Below, piece by piece: positions 55,964-64,000 of a DNA stretch of 64,000 nucleotides. Within the stretch, counting starts at the first letter, position 1, and each line of letters begins with the position of its first letter. The DNA is from an uncultured Gammaproteobacteria bacterium (GTDB taxonomy: Bacteria > Pseudomonadota > Gammaproteobacteria > Pseudomonadales > Azotimanducaceae). The stretch is taken from contig CAWADH010000003.1 in NCBI GenBank assembly GCA_963780795.1, positions 110,818 to 174,817 on the forward strand, in the 5' to 3' direction. The notes under the pieces were generated by a model. That model saw nothing but the letters and a program-made list of their open reading frames with translations, was not told the origin of the DNA and ran no database searches. A program made the translations under genes and the position numbers.

Positions 55964-56541
55964 CCAGCGGCGCGCTGGTCATCGCCGCCGGATTCTCGCG
56001 GCGGTTCGGCAGCGACAAGCGCGTGTTCCAGCTGAAGCACGAGCCGTTGCTGATCGCGACACTGCGTCAGTATCGCGCGGCGTTCGCCAACGTCGCGGTG
56101 GTGGTGCGCAGCAGCGACAGCGCGCTGACCCAGCTGATCGGTGAAGGGTTTGGCCGCCAGCTGCCGATCATCGTGCCGACCAGTCACGCCCACCTCGGCA
56201 TGGCCGCGAGTATCGCGGACGGCATTCGCGCGGTGGTCGACTGGGATTCCGTGTTCCTCGGTCTCGGCGACATGCCCTACATCCGCCCCGATACGCTGCG
56301 TACGCTGAAGGGCGCGATGGACACGGCGCGCATCGAAAAGGAGCCGCGCATCGTCGTGCCGATGCACGCAGACACGCCGGGTCACCCGGTGGGTTTCTCG
56401 CGCGAGTTCTTCGCCGAGTTGATCGCACTGACGGGAGATCGCGGTGCCCGATCGGTCATCGATGCGCATCCGGAAGCGGTGCGGAAGATCGGCGTCGACG
56501 ATCCCGGCGTAGTGACCGACATCGACCATCCGCCGATGTAG
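55960..56541 (+). CDS. MobA/MocA-like nucleotidyltransferase (molybdenum cofactor cytidylyl/guanylyl-transferase family)
   Basis: The GTG at 55960 overlaps the XdhC stop (GTGA). LVIAAGFSRRFGSDK is the NTP_transf_3 P-loop-like motif, and GLGDMPYI occurs later. Confidence 0.7.
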   Translation: MTSGALVIAAGFSRRFGSDKRVFQLKHEPLLIATLRQYRAAFANVAVVVRSSDSALTQLIGEGFGRQLPIIVPTSHAHLGMAASIADGIRAVVDWDSVFLGLGDMPYIRPDTLRTLKGAMDTARIEKEPRIVVPMHADTPGHPVGFSREFFAELIALTGDRGARSVIDAHPEAVRKIGVDDPGVVTDIDHPPM

Positions 56542-56553
56542 CGGTGCGCGCTC

Positions 56554-57447
56554 TTACTCCGGCTTGACCGGACCGCCGAGACGCGACGCCCAGTCGAGCT
56601 TGCTGCGACAGGCTTCGTAAAAGCTGTGCTGCCGCGAATACAGCAGCTTGAGCGCGTGCGCGCATTTCTGGATGTGAACTTCGTCGCCGGGCTGAACGCC
56701 GATGTCCACCTGCGAATCGCAGCTGATCTGCTGGTTCGTCGACGTCGTCGAACCAATGACCACTTTGATACGCGACGCACTCGGCACCACCAGCGGCCGC
56801 GACGTCAGCGTGTGGGGAAACATCGGTACCACCACGATCGCATCCAGGCTCGGATGCATGATCGGACCGCCCGCCGACAACGCGTACGCGGTCGAGCCGG
56901 TCGGCGTGGCGACGATCAAGCCGTCCGAACGCTGGTCGTAAACGAACCGGTCGTCGATGTGCAGCGCGAATTCCATCATCCGCGACATGGTGCCGGCGTG
57001 TACCACGACGTCGTTAAGCGCCGACGATCCGCCGATGCGCTTGCCGTCGCGGAACACCGTCGCGTCGAGCAGGAAGCGGTGCTCCACCGTGTATTCGCCG
57101 TTCAGCACCGCGCCGATCCTGGCTTCGATCTGATCCGGCGAAATGTCTGCGAGAAATCCGAGGCCGCCGCGGTTCACGCCGATCACCGGTACCTGCGACG
57201 CCGCGAGATCGCGCGCGACGCCGAGCAGGCTGCCGTCGCCGCCGACCACGATCAGCAGATCGCAGATGGCGCCGAGCGCTTTTCGCTCTTCGACCCGATG
57301 CGCACATTTCGGCAGCATCGCGGCGGTGGTGGATTCGAGCACGATCGTGACGTTACGCGAGCGCAGGAACTGCTCGAGCGTCGCCACCGATTCCACGATG
57401 CTGCGGCTACCCCTGCGCGCGATCAGCCCGACGGTGTTGAAGGTCAT
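56554..57447 (-). CDS. nadK: NAD+ kinase
   Basis: 297-aa ORF with the GGDGS motif (LLIVVGGDGSLLGVAR), NDVVV and TPTGSTAYALSAGGPI. Confidence 0.95.
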   Translation of the reverse strand: MTFNTVGLIARRGSRSIVESVATLEQFLRSRNVTIVLESTTAAMLPKCAHRVEERKALGAICDLLIVVGGDGSLLGVARDLAASQVPVIGVNRGGLGFLADISPDQIEARIGAVLNGEYTVEHRFLLDATVFRDGKRIGGSSALNDVVVHAGTMSRMMEFALHIDDRFVYDQRSDGLIVATPTGSTAYALSAGGPIMHPSLDAIVVVPMFPHTLTSRPLVVPSASRIKVVIGSTTSTNQQISCDSQVDIGVQPGDEVHIQKCAHALKLLYSRQHSFYEACRSKLDWASRLGGPVKPE

Positions 57448-57623
57448 GTAGTGTCTGTGGTGGTGTCAGAGAGGCACGACGAGAGCCGAGTATACACGCC
57501 GACCACGCGATGCAGTTCGGGTGCGACAATGCGACGCGGTGGTGCAAATTTGGCGTCGCTCCCGTGCTTGAATATTGAGGGGCAGGCGCTCAGGCTTGCC
57601 CCGCCAATGAACCGGAGACGCGC

Positions 57624-58472
57624 ATGGGCAGCGCACTGGAAGACCGCCATCTCGAAGTTCTGACCACCGCGAATTCCCGGCTGAAGCGCGCGCCGAACAC
57701 CAGCCTGTGGGAAGCGATGCAGAACGAAGCGCGGGAGAAAGCGCAGGAGGAACCGATCCTCGGCAGCTACTTCCACGCGACGATTCTGAACCACAAGAGT
57801 TTTCAGTCGGCGCTGAGTTTCCGTATCGCGAGCCGTCTCGATACGCCGATGCTCCCAACGATGATGATCCGTGACGTCATCGAAGAAGCGCTCAACGACT
57901 CACCGAGCATTCTGACCGCAGCGGAGATCGACATCCTGGCGACCTACACGCGCGATCCGGCATGCGACGACGTGTCCACGCCGTTTCTGTTCTTCAAAGG
58001 ATTCCACGCGTTGCAGGCGCACCGCATCGCGAACTGGCTGTGGCATCGCAATCGCGAGGCGCTCGCCCGCTTCTTCCAGAATCAGATCAGCGTGACGCTC
58101 GGCGTCGACATCCATCCGGCCGCGCGCATCGGGTCGGGGATCATGCTCGATCACGCGACAGGCATCGTCATCGGTGAAACCGCCGTCGTCGAGGACGACG
58201 TGTCGATTCTGCATTCGGTGACGCTCGGTGGTTCCGGCAAAGTGTCGGGCGATCGCCACCCGAAGATCCGCCGCGGCGTGTTGTTGTCTGCCGGCTGCAA
58301 GATCATCGGCAACATCGAAGTCGGCGAAGGCGCAAAGGTGGGTGCGGGCAGTGTGGTGTTGAACGACGTTCCGCCGCACGTCACGGTGGCCGGCGTGCCC
58401 GCTCAGATCGTGGGCCGGCCGTCGCATCCGTCGCCGGCGCTCGACATGGACCAGAGTCTCGATTCGCGTTGA
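57624..58472 (+). CDS. cysE: serine O-acetyltransferase
   Basis: 282-aa ORF that aligns by eye along its length with E. coli CysE (SYFHATILNH, FKGFHALQAHRIANWLW, VDIHPAARIGSGIMLDHATGIVIGETAVV, GDRHPKI). It has about 13 extra N-terminal residues, so the start is slightly uncertain. Confidence 0.93.
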   Translation: MGSALEDRHLEVLTTANSRLKRAPNTSLWEAMQNEAREKAQEEPILGSYFHATILNHKSFQSALSFRIASRLDTPMLPTMMIRDVIEEALNDSPSILTAAEIDILATYTRDPACDDVSTPFLFFKGFHALQAHRIANWLWHRNREALARFFQNQISVTLGVDIHPAARIGSGIMLDHATGIVIGETAVVEDDVSILHSVTLGGSGKVSGDRHPKIRRGVLLSAGCKIIGNIEVGEGAKVGAGSVVLNDVPPHVTVAGVPAQIVGRPSHPSPALDMDQSLDSR

Positions 58473-58493
58473 GCGGGCGCTCGCGCCGTTGCG

Positions 58494-59333
58494 TCAGTGT
58501 CCCACTTCACCGCGCAGCAGCTGCTGCAGACGCCGGTTGCGGTTCTGCTCGTGGCGCAGCAGCGCCTTCAGCCGCTGGATTTCGTCGCGACAACCGCGGA
58601 TCTGATCCAGGTAGATCTGCTGCTGCTGCTCGAGGTCGACCCGATATTTGCGCGTCAGCGAGTCGACGCTGTTGTTGTGCTGCTGGATCAGCTGCGTGAG
58701 GCTGATGCGCCCTTCTTCACCGAACGCCTGATCGATCTTGTCGTCGGCCTGCACCAGCGCCTTCGAAGTGATCTTCTTGGCAGCGGGCTTCGGTCCCGCC
58801 TTTGCGTGCTGCGGTTCCGACTTCGCGCCGTTCGACGCGTCGTCGATGCCGGGCAGCGTGAGGAACGGCGCTTCGCCGCCCGCTTCGGTCTTCGACAGCT
58901 TCAAGCCGAGCCGATTGCGCCACGCCGCGCGCTGCACGACCCGAATCGGATTCGCTTCGCCTTCGCCCTCCGGCTCCCACAGATTCATCGCGTGCCACGA
59001 CACCGAACACTGCGCGCGTGACGCGAGCCGGATCGTGCCGCAGCCTATGTCGGGACCTGGCCCGGCGTGTCGTACCAGATGGCGCAGCGGCACGCTGAAG
59101 CCCGGGTCGGCGTGTCCGTTCTCGTCGATGCGCAGCATGAACGTCACCAGGCCTCGAACCGCGAGCCCGGTACCGACGACCACGTACGCGCCGCGCACCT
59201 GACTGGCGGCGAAGTTCTCGAGCGTGGCCGATTGATTCAGCAGCGCTTCGAACTCCGCGTAGTGCATTTCGACCGAGACGTCGTCGCCTTCGAAGAAGAA
59301 CACCGCTTCGGCAAACGCATCCTGCTGACTCAT
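58494..59333 (-). CDS. hypothetical protein with C-terminal coiled coil
   Basis: 279-aa ORF with a coding-like composition and a heptad-like, Gln/Arg-rich C-terminus (DLEQQQQIYLDQIRGCRDEIQRLKALLRHEQNRNRRLQQLL). I recognise no family. Confidence 0.55.
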   Translation of the reverse strand: MSQQDAFAEAVFFFEGDDVSVEMHYAEFEALLNQSATLENFAASQVRGAYVVVGTGLAVRGLVTFMLRIDENGHADPGFSVPLRHLVRHAGPGPDIGCGTIRLASRAQCSVSWHAMNLWEPEGEGEANPIRVVQRAAWRNRLGLKLSKTEAGGEAPFLTLPGIDDASNGAKSEPQHAKAGPKPAAKKITSKALVQADDKIDQAFGEEGRISLTQLIQQHNNSVDSLTRKYRVDLEQQQQIYLDQIRGCRDEIQRLKALLRHEQNRNRRLQQLLRGEVGH

Positions 59334-59762
59334 CCTGAGCTTCCTCTCCGACGGCCGATACGAGTAGTGGGTCGCGGCATGCCATGGCCGCGGCCCTGTC
59401 GTATTACAGCCGATTCGCTAGCGCGCTACCGCGGGCAGGATCACTGGCTGAGTGCGATGACCATCAAGTTCCGCAGGAACGTGGTCACATTTCCAGCGCG
59501 TCGTCGTAGTCAGGAGCGGGAGGCGGGAGGTCCGATGCGTCGGGGCAGAAGATTTCGTCGAGTTCCATAGCGAGAAGGCTAGCGGAGATTTGTGACTCCG
59601 CCGTGACCAGGGCCGAAATTCACCAGTTGTTCGTGTGCCCGACCAACCGGATCAGCGCGTGCTTCGAACAGATGTCCATGCAATCAATGCCTTACGCGAT
59701 GGCACAGCGGTTGCTTCGGTAGACGTTACAGCCTTGGGCCAAGGCGTTTCGGACGACGATAG

Positions 59763-60080
59763 ATGTACCACGATCCTCGCCCTTCACTCGCGCCGCTCGT
59801 TCGGACCGGCGCGGCGATTCTGTGCCTGTTCGTCGGCGTCATCGGCTTGGTGCTGCCGCTGATCCCCGGCGTTCCGTTGCTGATCATCGGGGGACTGTTG
59901 CTGCGACGACGGCGCGCCACGACGCGTCCCGCGGCTTCGACGACGCCGATCGTGCGCAGCGGACTGAGCGGGTTCGAACAGCTCGAACTGCAGTTCTGGC
60001 TGCTGGCGCGCCGCGTCACGACTGCGGCTGAATCGATCCGTCTCGCGCGCCGCCGTCGCGCGCGCCAACGAGATCGTTGA
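59763..60080 (+). CDS. small membrane protein (PGPGW/YbaN-like hairpin motif)
   Basis: 105-aa ORF with very G/C-rich third positions. It has two hydrophobic segments around GVIGLVLPLIPGVPLLIIGGLLL and an Arg-rich tail. Confidence 0.5.
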   Translation: MYHDPRPSLAPLVRTGAAILCLFVGVIGLVLPLIPGVPLLIIGGLLLRRRRATTRPAASTTPIVRSGLSGFEQLELQFWLLARRVTTAAESIRLARRRRARQRDR

Positions 60081-60086
60081 GGCTGA

Positions 60087-60635
60087 TCAGCTCGGCGGGA
60101 AGTTCGCGAAGATCGCCGTTAGGGCCGAACGGATCGCCGACTGCGGATCCTTCTGATCACTGGCGCTGATCGTCCTGGTGGCCCAACCGTGCCAGGCCGG
60201 CTGGTGCGTTCTTACGTCGAAAATGTCCACCACCAGCCGACCCTCGACGTGCTGGCGCACGGTCACTTCGTGACTGCCGCCGGGCCAGTGCCACGGTCCG
60301 CGATATGCGGCCGGATACGTGTCGATGCGCAGCTTGTCGGTGGCGCCGAGCCCGAACCCGACGACGAAGTCGGCCTTCTCGGAATCTTCGATGAACCGGT
60401 AGCCCTTCGCGCTCAGGAGATCCTTCGCCGTCTGCTGGATACGGCTCTCCACCGCCGGACTCACCGATGGCGCCGGATCAACCAGCGGGTGCGCCGAGAT
60501 CCATCCGAACGTCTTGTACCGGTCGAAATTGACGGTCGGGTTGAAATCGTGGTGCGCGGCGATGGTGCTGCAACCGCTGACGGTCATCATCGCTGCGGCA
60601 ACGAACAGCGAAATCGTTGGAATCCACGTCTTCAT
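60087..60635 (-). CDS. DUF4136 domain lipoprotein
   Basis: ORF 60087-60683 trimmed to MKTWIPTISLFVAAAMMTVSGC (lipobox VSGC). FDRYKTFGWI and GRLVVDIFD are DUF4136-like blocks. Confidence 0.7.
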   Translation of the reverse strand: MKTWIPTISLFVAAAMMTVSGCSTIAAHHDFNPTVNFDRYKTFGWISAHPLVDPAPSVSPAVESRIQQTAKDLLSAKGYRFIEDSEKADFVVGFGLGATDKLRIDTYPAAYRGPWHWPGGSHEVTVRQHVEGRLVVDIFDVRTHQPAWHGWATRTISASDQKDPQSAIRSALTAIFANFPPS

Positions 60636-60698
60636 TGTTCTCGCACGATCGAACGGACCCGGCATTGTCGCATCAAAGCGCAAACTGCAGATACCGCG

Positions 60699-62774
60699 TC
60701 ACGCGCCGAGCGCTCGGGCCACCGTGGTCGCGATCCGGAACGCGTTCGCCATGATGGTGAGCACCGGATTGAAACCGCCGTTGGTGACGTGCAGTGACCC
60801 ATCCGCCAGGTACAGCGCGCGTTGATGGTGCACGCGTCCGTCGCGATCTGCGACCGAGTGTCGCGGGTCGTCGCCCATTCGGCAGGTACCCGCCTGATGC
60901 TGGCCGGCCGACAGCACGTTGCCGTATTCGCTGCCCCACGAACGGACGTTCTCAGCGCCCGCCGCGCGCAACCACTGCTCCGCTTTCGTCTGCAGCATTG
61001 CGGCCGAACGCGCGCTCTCCGTATGCACGTGGCCCGATAAGCGCGCGACCGGAATTCCGAAACAATCGCGCACCGAAGGATCGAGCGTCACCCGCGCGTC
61101 GGGATTGGGCGTTTCCTGTATCGGTCCCATCACGACGAGCGTCTTGCGGTATGCCTCGGCGAACGCGCGCTTCGCTTCGACTCCCCAACGAGGCCCCGAT
61201 GGCGCGAACGAACTCCAGAAGTGGATCGGCAACGGAACGAATTCGTTGCCCAGTATCCCGCCGCCGACGATACCGGGATTACCGTGATTGAACTCGCACG
61301 TCGCGATGCTTACACCCGGGCCTTCGCAGTCCTGCACGGTCTCCCGATACAGCCCTACCGCGCCCGAATACAGATGACCCTGGAGGTATCGTCCGACCAG
61401 ATCGTGTGCGTTACCCACTCCATTCGCGTGCGCCCTGGATCTGCTGTTCAGCATCAACCTCGCGCTTTCGATGGCTCCGGCGGCGACAACGATCGCGCGC
61501 GCGTGGACGATGCGCTCCACCACGTTGTCCGGCTCGTCCACGTACATCCGCACCGCCCGCGCTTGCCCCTCGGAATCGCAGACGATCGACTCAGCCTGAG
61601 TACGGGTGAGCAGCGTGCAGCGTCCGGTAGCCAGCGCGCGCGGGATGACCGTGTTGTACGTGCCGTTCCTGCTGTCGCTCGGACAAGAAAACCCCACACA
61701 TGTGCCGCAGCGAACGCATGCCGGGCGGCCGGCGTAAGTTCGCGTATTGATCGCGAGCGGAATCGCCGCGGTGCGCCAACCGAGCGCGTTCGCGGCGCTA
61801 CGCAGCACGCGTCCGTCCGCATTCAGCGGCAGGGGTTGCATCGGGTACGCGCCGCGCGCGCCTTGATGCGCATGGCCCAGTTCGCCGGCCACGCCGATCT
61901 CGCGTTCTGCGAGCGCGTACCACGGCGCCAGCGTGTCGTAGTCGATGGGCCAGTCGGCCAGACCCGAGCCTTCCGGCACGCCATAGATCGACGCCATCCG
62001 GAAATCCTCCGGCGCGAACCGCCACGCCTGCGCGCCGTACACGCGCGTTCCGCCGCCCACCGTCATCGCATTGTTCGAGTAGCCCGCTTCGTGCGGCCGC
62101 ACCTCTCGCGCGCCGTTGGGGCCGACGATGACGCGCGGGTGCCCGTCCAGCGGTCCGGTGTTGTGACCGTACGCGGGAAATCGATGGTTGCGCAGATGAT
62201 CTGTGCCCACTTGCGAGTGGCGCAGCGCCTCACCGCGGTCGATCAGCAATACGTCGAGACCCGCCTCCGCCAGGACGCCCGCGGCGATGCCGCCACCCGC
62301 ACCGGCGCCTACCACGATGGCGTCATATTCGGAACGAACTTCGTCGACACGCGCGGTGCGCAGCGGCGCGGAATCGACCCTCGCAAACGTCCGCTTCGGC
62401 GCCGGATCGAAACCGACCATCGGCCACGACACAGCGCCAGCGGCCGGATCCGCGTAGTGGCTCTGCGACACGAGCGCGATCATCATGCGAATCCAGCGGC
62501 CGCTGCGCTCCGGCCACGGCAACGGCGGATCGTCGGCTTCGAGGCGCGCCACGAGATCGCGCCTCTGCTCGGCGGACAACCCCTCGAAATCGAGCGCGAT
62601 GAGCACATCGACTCCCGTGCGCAGCCGCTCGATCAGATCAACGCCGAAGTCGGCCGAATTGCGTTCGATGAACGACCGCAGACCCGCTTCCGATGCCGAT
62701 GGATATGCGTCGCGCGGAATCAGCGTGTCGCCGAGCTCAAGGAACACGCGCCATTGACGGTCCGTTAGGCTCAT
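60699..62774 (-). CDS. GMC-family FAD oxidoreductase fused to an N-terminal gluconate-2-dehydrogenase-subunit-3-like domain
   Basis: 691-aa ORF. The N-terminus LTDRQWRVFLELGDTLIPRDAYPSASEAGLRSFIE resembles the small subunit family. From about residue 155 the sequence is GMC/FAD: IVVGAGAGGGIAAGVLAEAG ... QHQAGTCRMG ... LYLADGSL. Confidence 0.8.
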   Translation of the reverse strand: MSLTDRQWRVFLELGDTLIPRDAYPSASEAGLRSFIERNSADFGVDLIERLRTGVDVLIALDFEGLSAEQRRDLVARLEADDPPLPWPERSGRWIRMMIALVSQSHYADPAAGAVSWPMVGFDPAPKRTFARVDSAPLRTARVDEVRSEYDAIVVGAGAGGGIAAGVLAEAGLDVLLIDRGEALRHSQVGTDHLRNHRFPAYGHNTGPLDGHPRVIVGPNGAREVRPHEAGYSNNAMTVGGGTRVYGAQAWRFAPEDFRMASIYGVPEGSGLADWPIDYDTLAPWYALAEREIGVAGELGHAHQGARGAYPMQPLPLNADGRVLRSAANALGWRTAAIPLAINTRTYAGRPACVRCGTCVGFSCPSDSRNGTYNTVIPRALATGRCTLLTRTQAESIVCDSEGQARAVRMYVDEPDNVVERIVHARAIVVAAGAIESARLMLNSRSRAHANGVGNAHDLVGRYLQGHLYSGAVGLYRETVQDCEGPGVSIATCEFNHGNPGIVGGGILGNEFVPLPIHFWSSFAPSGPRWGVEAKRAFAEAYRKTLVVMGPIQETPNPDARVTLDPSVRDCFGIPVARLSGHVHTESARSAAMLQTKAEQWLRAAGAENVRSWGSEYGNVLSAGQHQAGTCRMGDDPRHSVADRDGRVHHQRALYLADGSLHVTNGGFNPVLTIMANAFRIATTVARALGA

Positions 62775-62777
62775 CGC

Positions 62778-63476
62778 TCAACTTCGCGAGCCGTCTGCAC
62801 GCGTTAGCACCGGTGTAGCGGCGACGGCGACGAACCAGCAGATCGCAAGCGCCCAGAGGTCGTGCGAGAGGTAGTGCGCGCCGCGCAACAGCTGCGCAAC
62901 ACCGAACGCGACACCGAGAACGAGCGCGGCGACCAATACCAGCCACCGCCAGCGGGGCGCAAATCGCCGGCAATAGAAATACGACGCCAGAAGCGCATAT
63001 CCCGAGCCCGCGTGCCCCGACGGAAAACACCGGCCGGACCGGCCGTGCAGCAGCACTTCGCGCCACGTCGGCAGATAGGGAACCTCGCCGCCGTAGCGAT
63101 CCACCGACCACGGGCAGTTCACGTGCGTCACGTCCTTCAGCATCGCAACGAGCAGCGTCGAACCGGCAACCGCGATCACCATGTATACGAGCCCCCAGCG
63201 ATATGCAGCAAGGCGCTCGAGGAAGAACGACAGCACACAGGCGAGCACGAGGACGCCGTATACGACGCCGATGGCGTGCTTTGCGTCGTTGTGCAACAGG
63301 TCTCTGACGATCGGATCGCGCCGCAACGACCACGCGCCGCCTTCCCACCGATAGATGGCATCTGCGAGCCATACGTCGACACGCGTAGACTCGAGCGCGA
63401 TCGCGAGTAGAACGAAGGCCGCGAGCGGTACCCAGACGTGTGCCGTCATCGAACCGATAGGCGACGGCGCTGTCAT
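62778..63476 (-). CDS. PAP2 family (acid) phosphatase, membrane protein
   Basis: ORF 62778-63857 trimmed to MTAPSPIGSM (ATG at 63476 overlapping the upstream stop as ATGA). It is polytopic and carries PAP2 motifs LKDVTHVNCPW, FPSGHAGSG and RGAHYLSHDLW. Confidence 0.8.
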   Translation of the reverse strand: MTAPSPIGSMTAHVWVPLAAFVLLAIALESTRVDVWLADAIYRWEGGAWSLRRDPIVRDLLHNDAKHAIGVVYGVLVLACVLSFFLERLAAYRWGLVYMVIAVAGSTLLVAMLKDVTHVNCPWSVDRYGGEVPYLPTWREVLLHGRSGRCFPSGHAGSGYALLASYFYCRRFAPRWRWLVLVAALVLGVAFGVAQLLRGAHYLSHDLWALAICWFVAVAATPVLTRADGSRS

Positions 63477-64000
63477 TGCATCTTCACGACGCGCGACCAT
63501 TCGTTGAGCCCGTCCTTGTACGTTTCCGCTGCGGTCTGATAGTACGCGCGCACCCGTTCCACACCGGCGTCGTCGTTCGAAACGGCGATCTTCTCCGAGC
63601 CGGCATCCGAGTAGCGGTAGCGTTCGATGCGCTTCCTGGGCTGCAGAATGGTGAGGTCGCTGCCGTCGAAGTAGCCGAGATACTCGTAGTTGCCGATCAG
63701 CGCTCTGTTCGGATGCCCCTTCGCCAGCATGTCGGTGCCGAACGCCATCGACAGGTAGTCGACGTTCAGCAGCGCGAGCAATGTCGGCGCGATGTCGATC
63801 TGGCTCACCAACGCGTCTTCCTCGCGCGGCTGGATGTGCCGCGGCGAGTAGATCCACATCGGGATGTGGTACTTATCGAGCGGCAGATCTTCTTTCCCCG
63901 CACTGCCCGCGCAATGGTCGGCGACGATCACGAACAGCGTGTCGTCGAACCACGGTTTGTTCCGCGCCTGGCGCAGCAGCTCGCCGATCGCGTAGTCCGT
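63473..64000 (-). CDS. sulfatase-like hydrolase/transferase (LTA-synthase/OpgB/EptA superfamily), C-terminal 175 codons; gene continues beyond the right edge
   Basis: The frame is open to position 64000. ...DYAIGELLRQARNKPWFDDTLFVIVADHCAGS...IPMWIYSP...SQIDIAPTLLALL matches the C-terminal part of alkaline-phosphatase-superfamily transferases. Confidence 0.7.
   Translation of the reverse strand, partial: TDYAIGELLRQARNKPWFDDTLFVIVADHCAGSAGKEDLPLDKYHIPMWIYSPRHIQPREEDALVSQIDIAPTLLALLNVDYLSMAFGTDMLAKGHPNRALIGNYEYLGYFDGSDLTILQPRKRIERYRYSDAGSEKIAVSNDDAGVERVRAYYQTAAETYKDGLNEWSRVVKMQ

Noticed and set aside
59485-59568. 27-aa acidic minus-strand ORF (MELDEIFCPDASDLPPPAPDYDDALEM) in the large spacer
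   Set aside because: It has no Shine-Dalgarno-like sequence upstream and is very short, and nothing ties it to the neighbours. It is mentioned only as part of the spacer description.

Overview
The window is GC-rich (by eye about two thirds G+C, not computed) and very gene-dense. I call about 60 protein-coding genes, two tRNA genes (tRNA-Glu-UUC and tRNA-Gly-GCC) and a few regulatory sites. I recognise no rRNA, CRISPR array, transposase, integrase or phage gene. The content and local order (gap ... mfd-csiV-like, MTAP-family phosphorylase-hpt, lexA ... topA, amtB, pyrD, a MoxR-DUF58-DUF4381-VWA-VWA/TPR-BatD operon, pepN, nadK, cysE) read like core chromosome of a high-GC aerobic gammaproteobacterium. 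That taxon is an inference from remembered Pseudomonas/Xanthomonadales-like synteny, not a search result. Many long ORFs in the six-frame track are Arg/Ala-rich shadow ORFs, antisense or out of frame to real genes. Several real genes needed their starts trimmed because the longest-ORF version overlaps the upstream gene. Operons are tightly packed, with many ATGA/GTGA stop-start overlaps, and every convergent gene pair ends within 21 nt or overlaps. I found no unambiguous novel system. The best second-look candidates are: (i) a co-transcribed C39-like peptidase / GNAT / S9 peptidase / Ddl-type ATP-grasp block at 34197-38606; (ii) a translationally coupled korC-like flavoprotein-ferredoxin fusion + korA + korB module at 15584-20249; (iii) a glnK-less amtB followed by an unplaceable 434-aa protein carrying a 15-nt tandem repeat; (iv) a sulfatase-PAP2-fused GMC oxidoreductase-lipoprotein string at the right edge; and (v) a small aromatic/apocarotenoid-type catabolic block next to the tRNAs. 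All functional calls rest on motif-level recognition of translated ORFs. No database search was possible.
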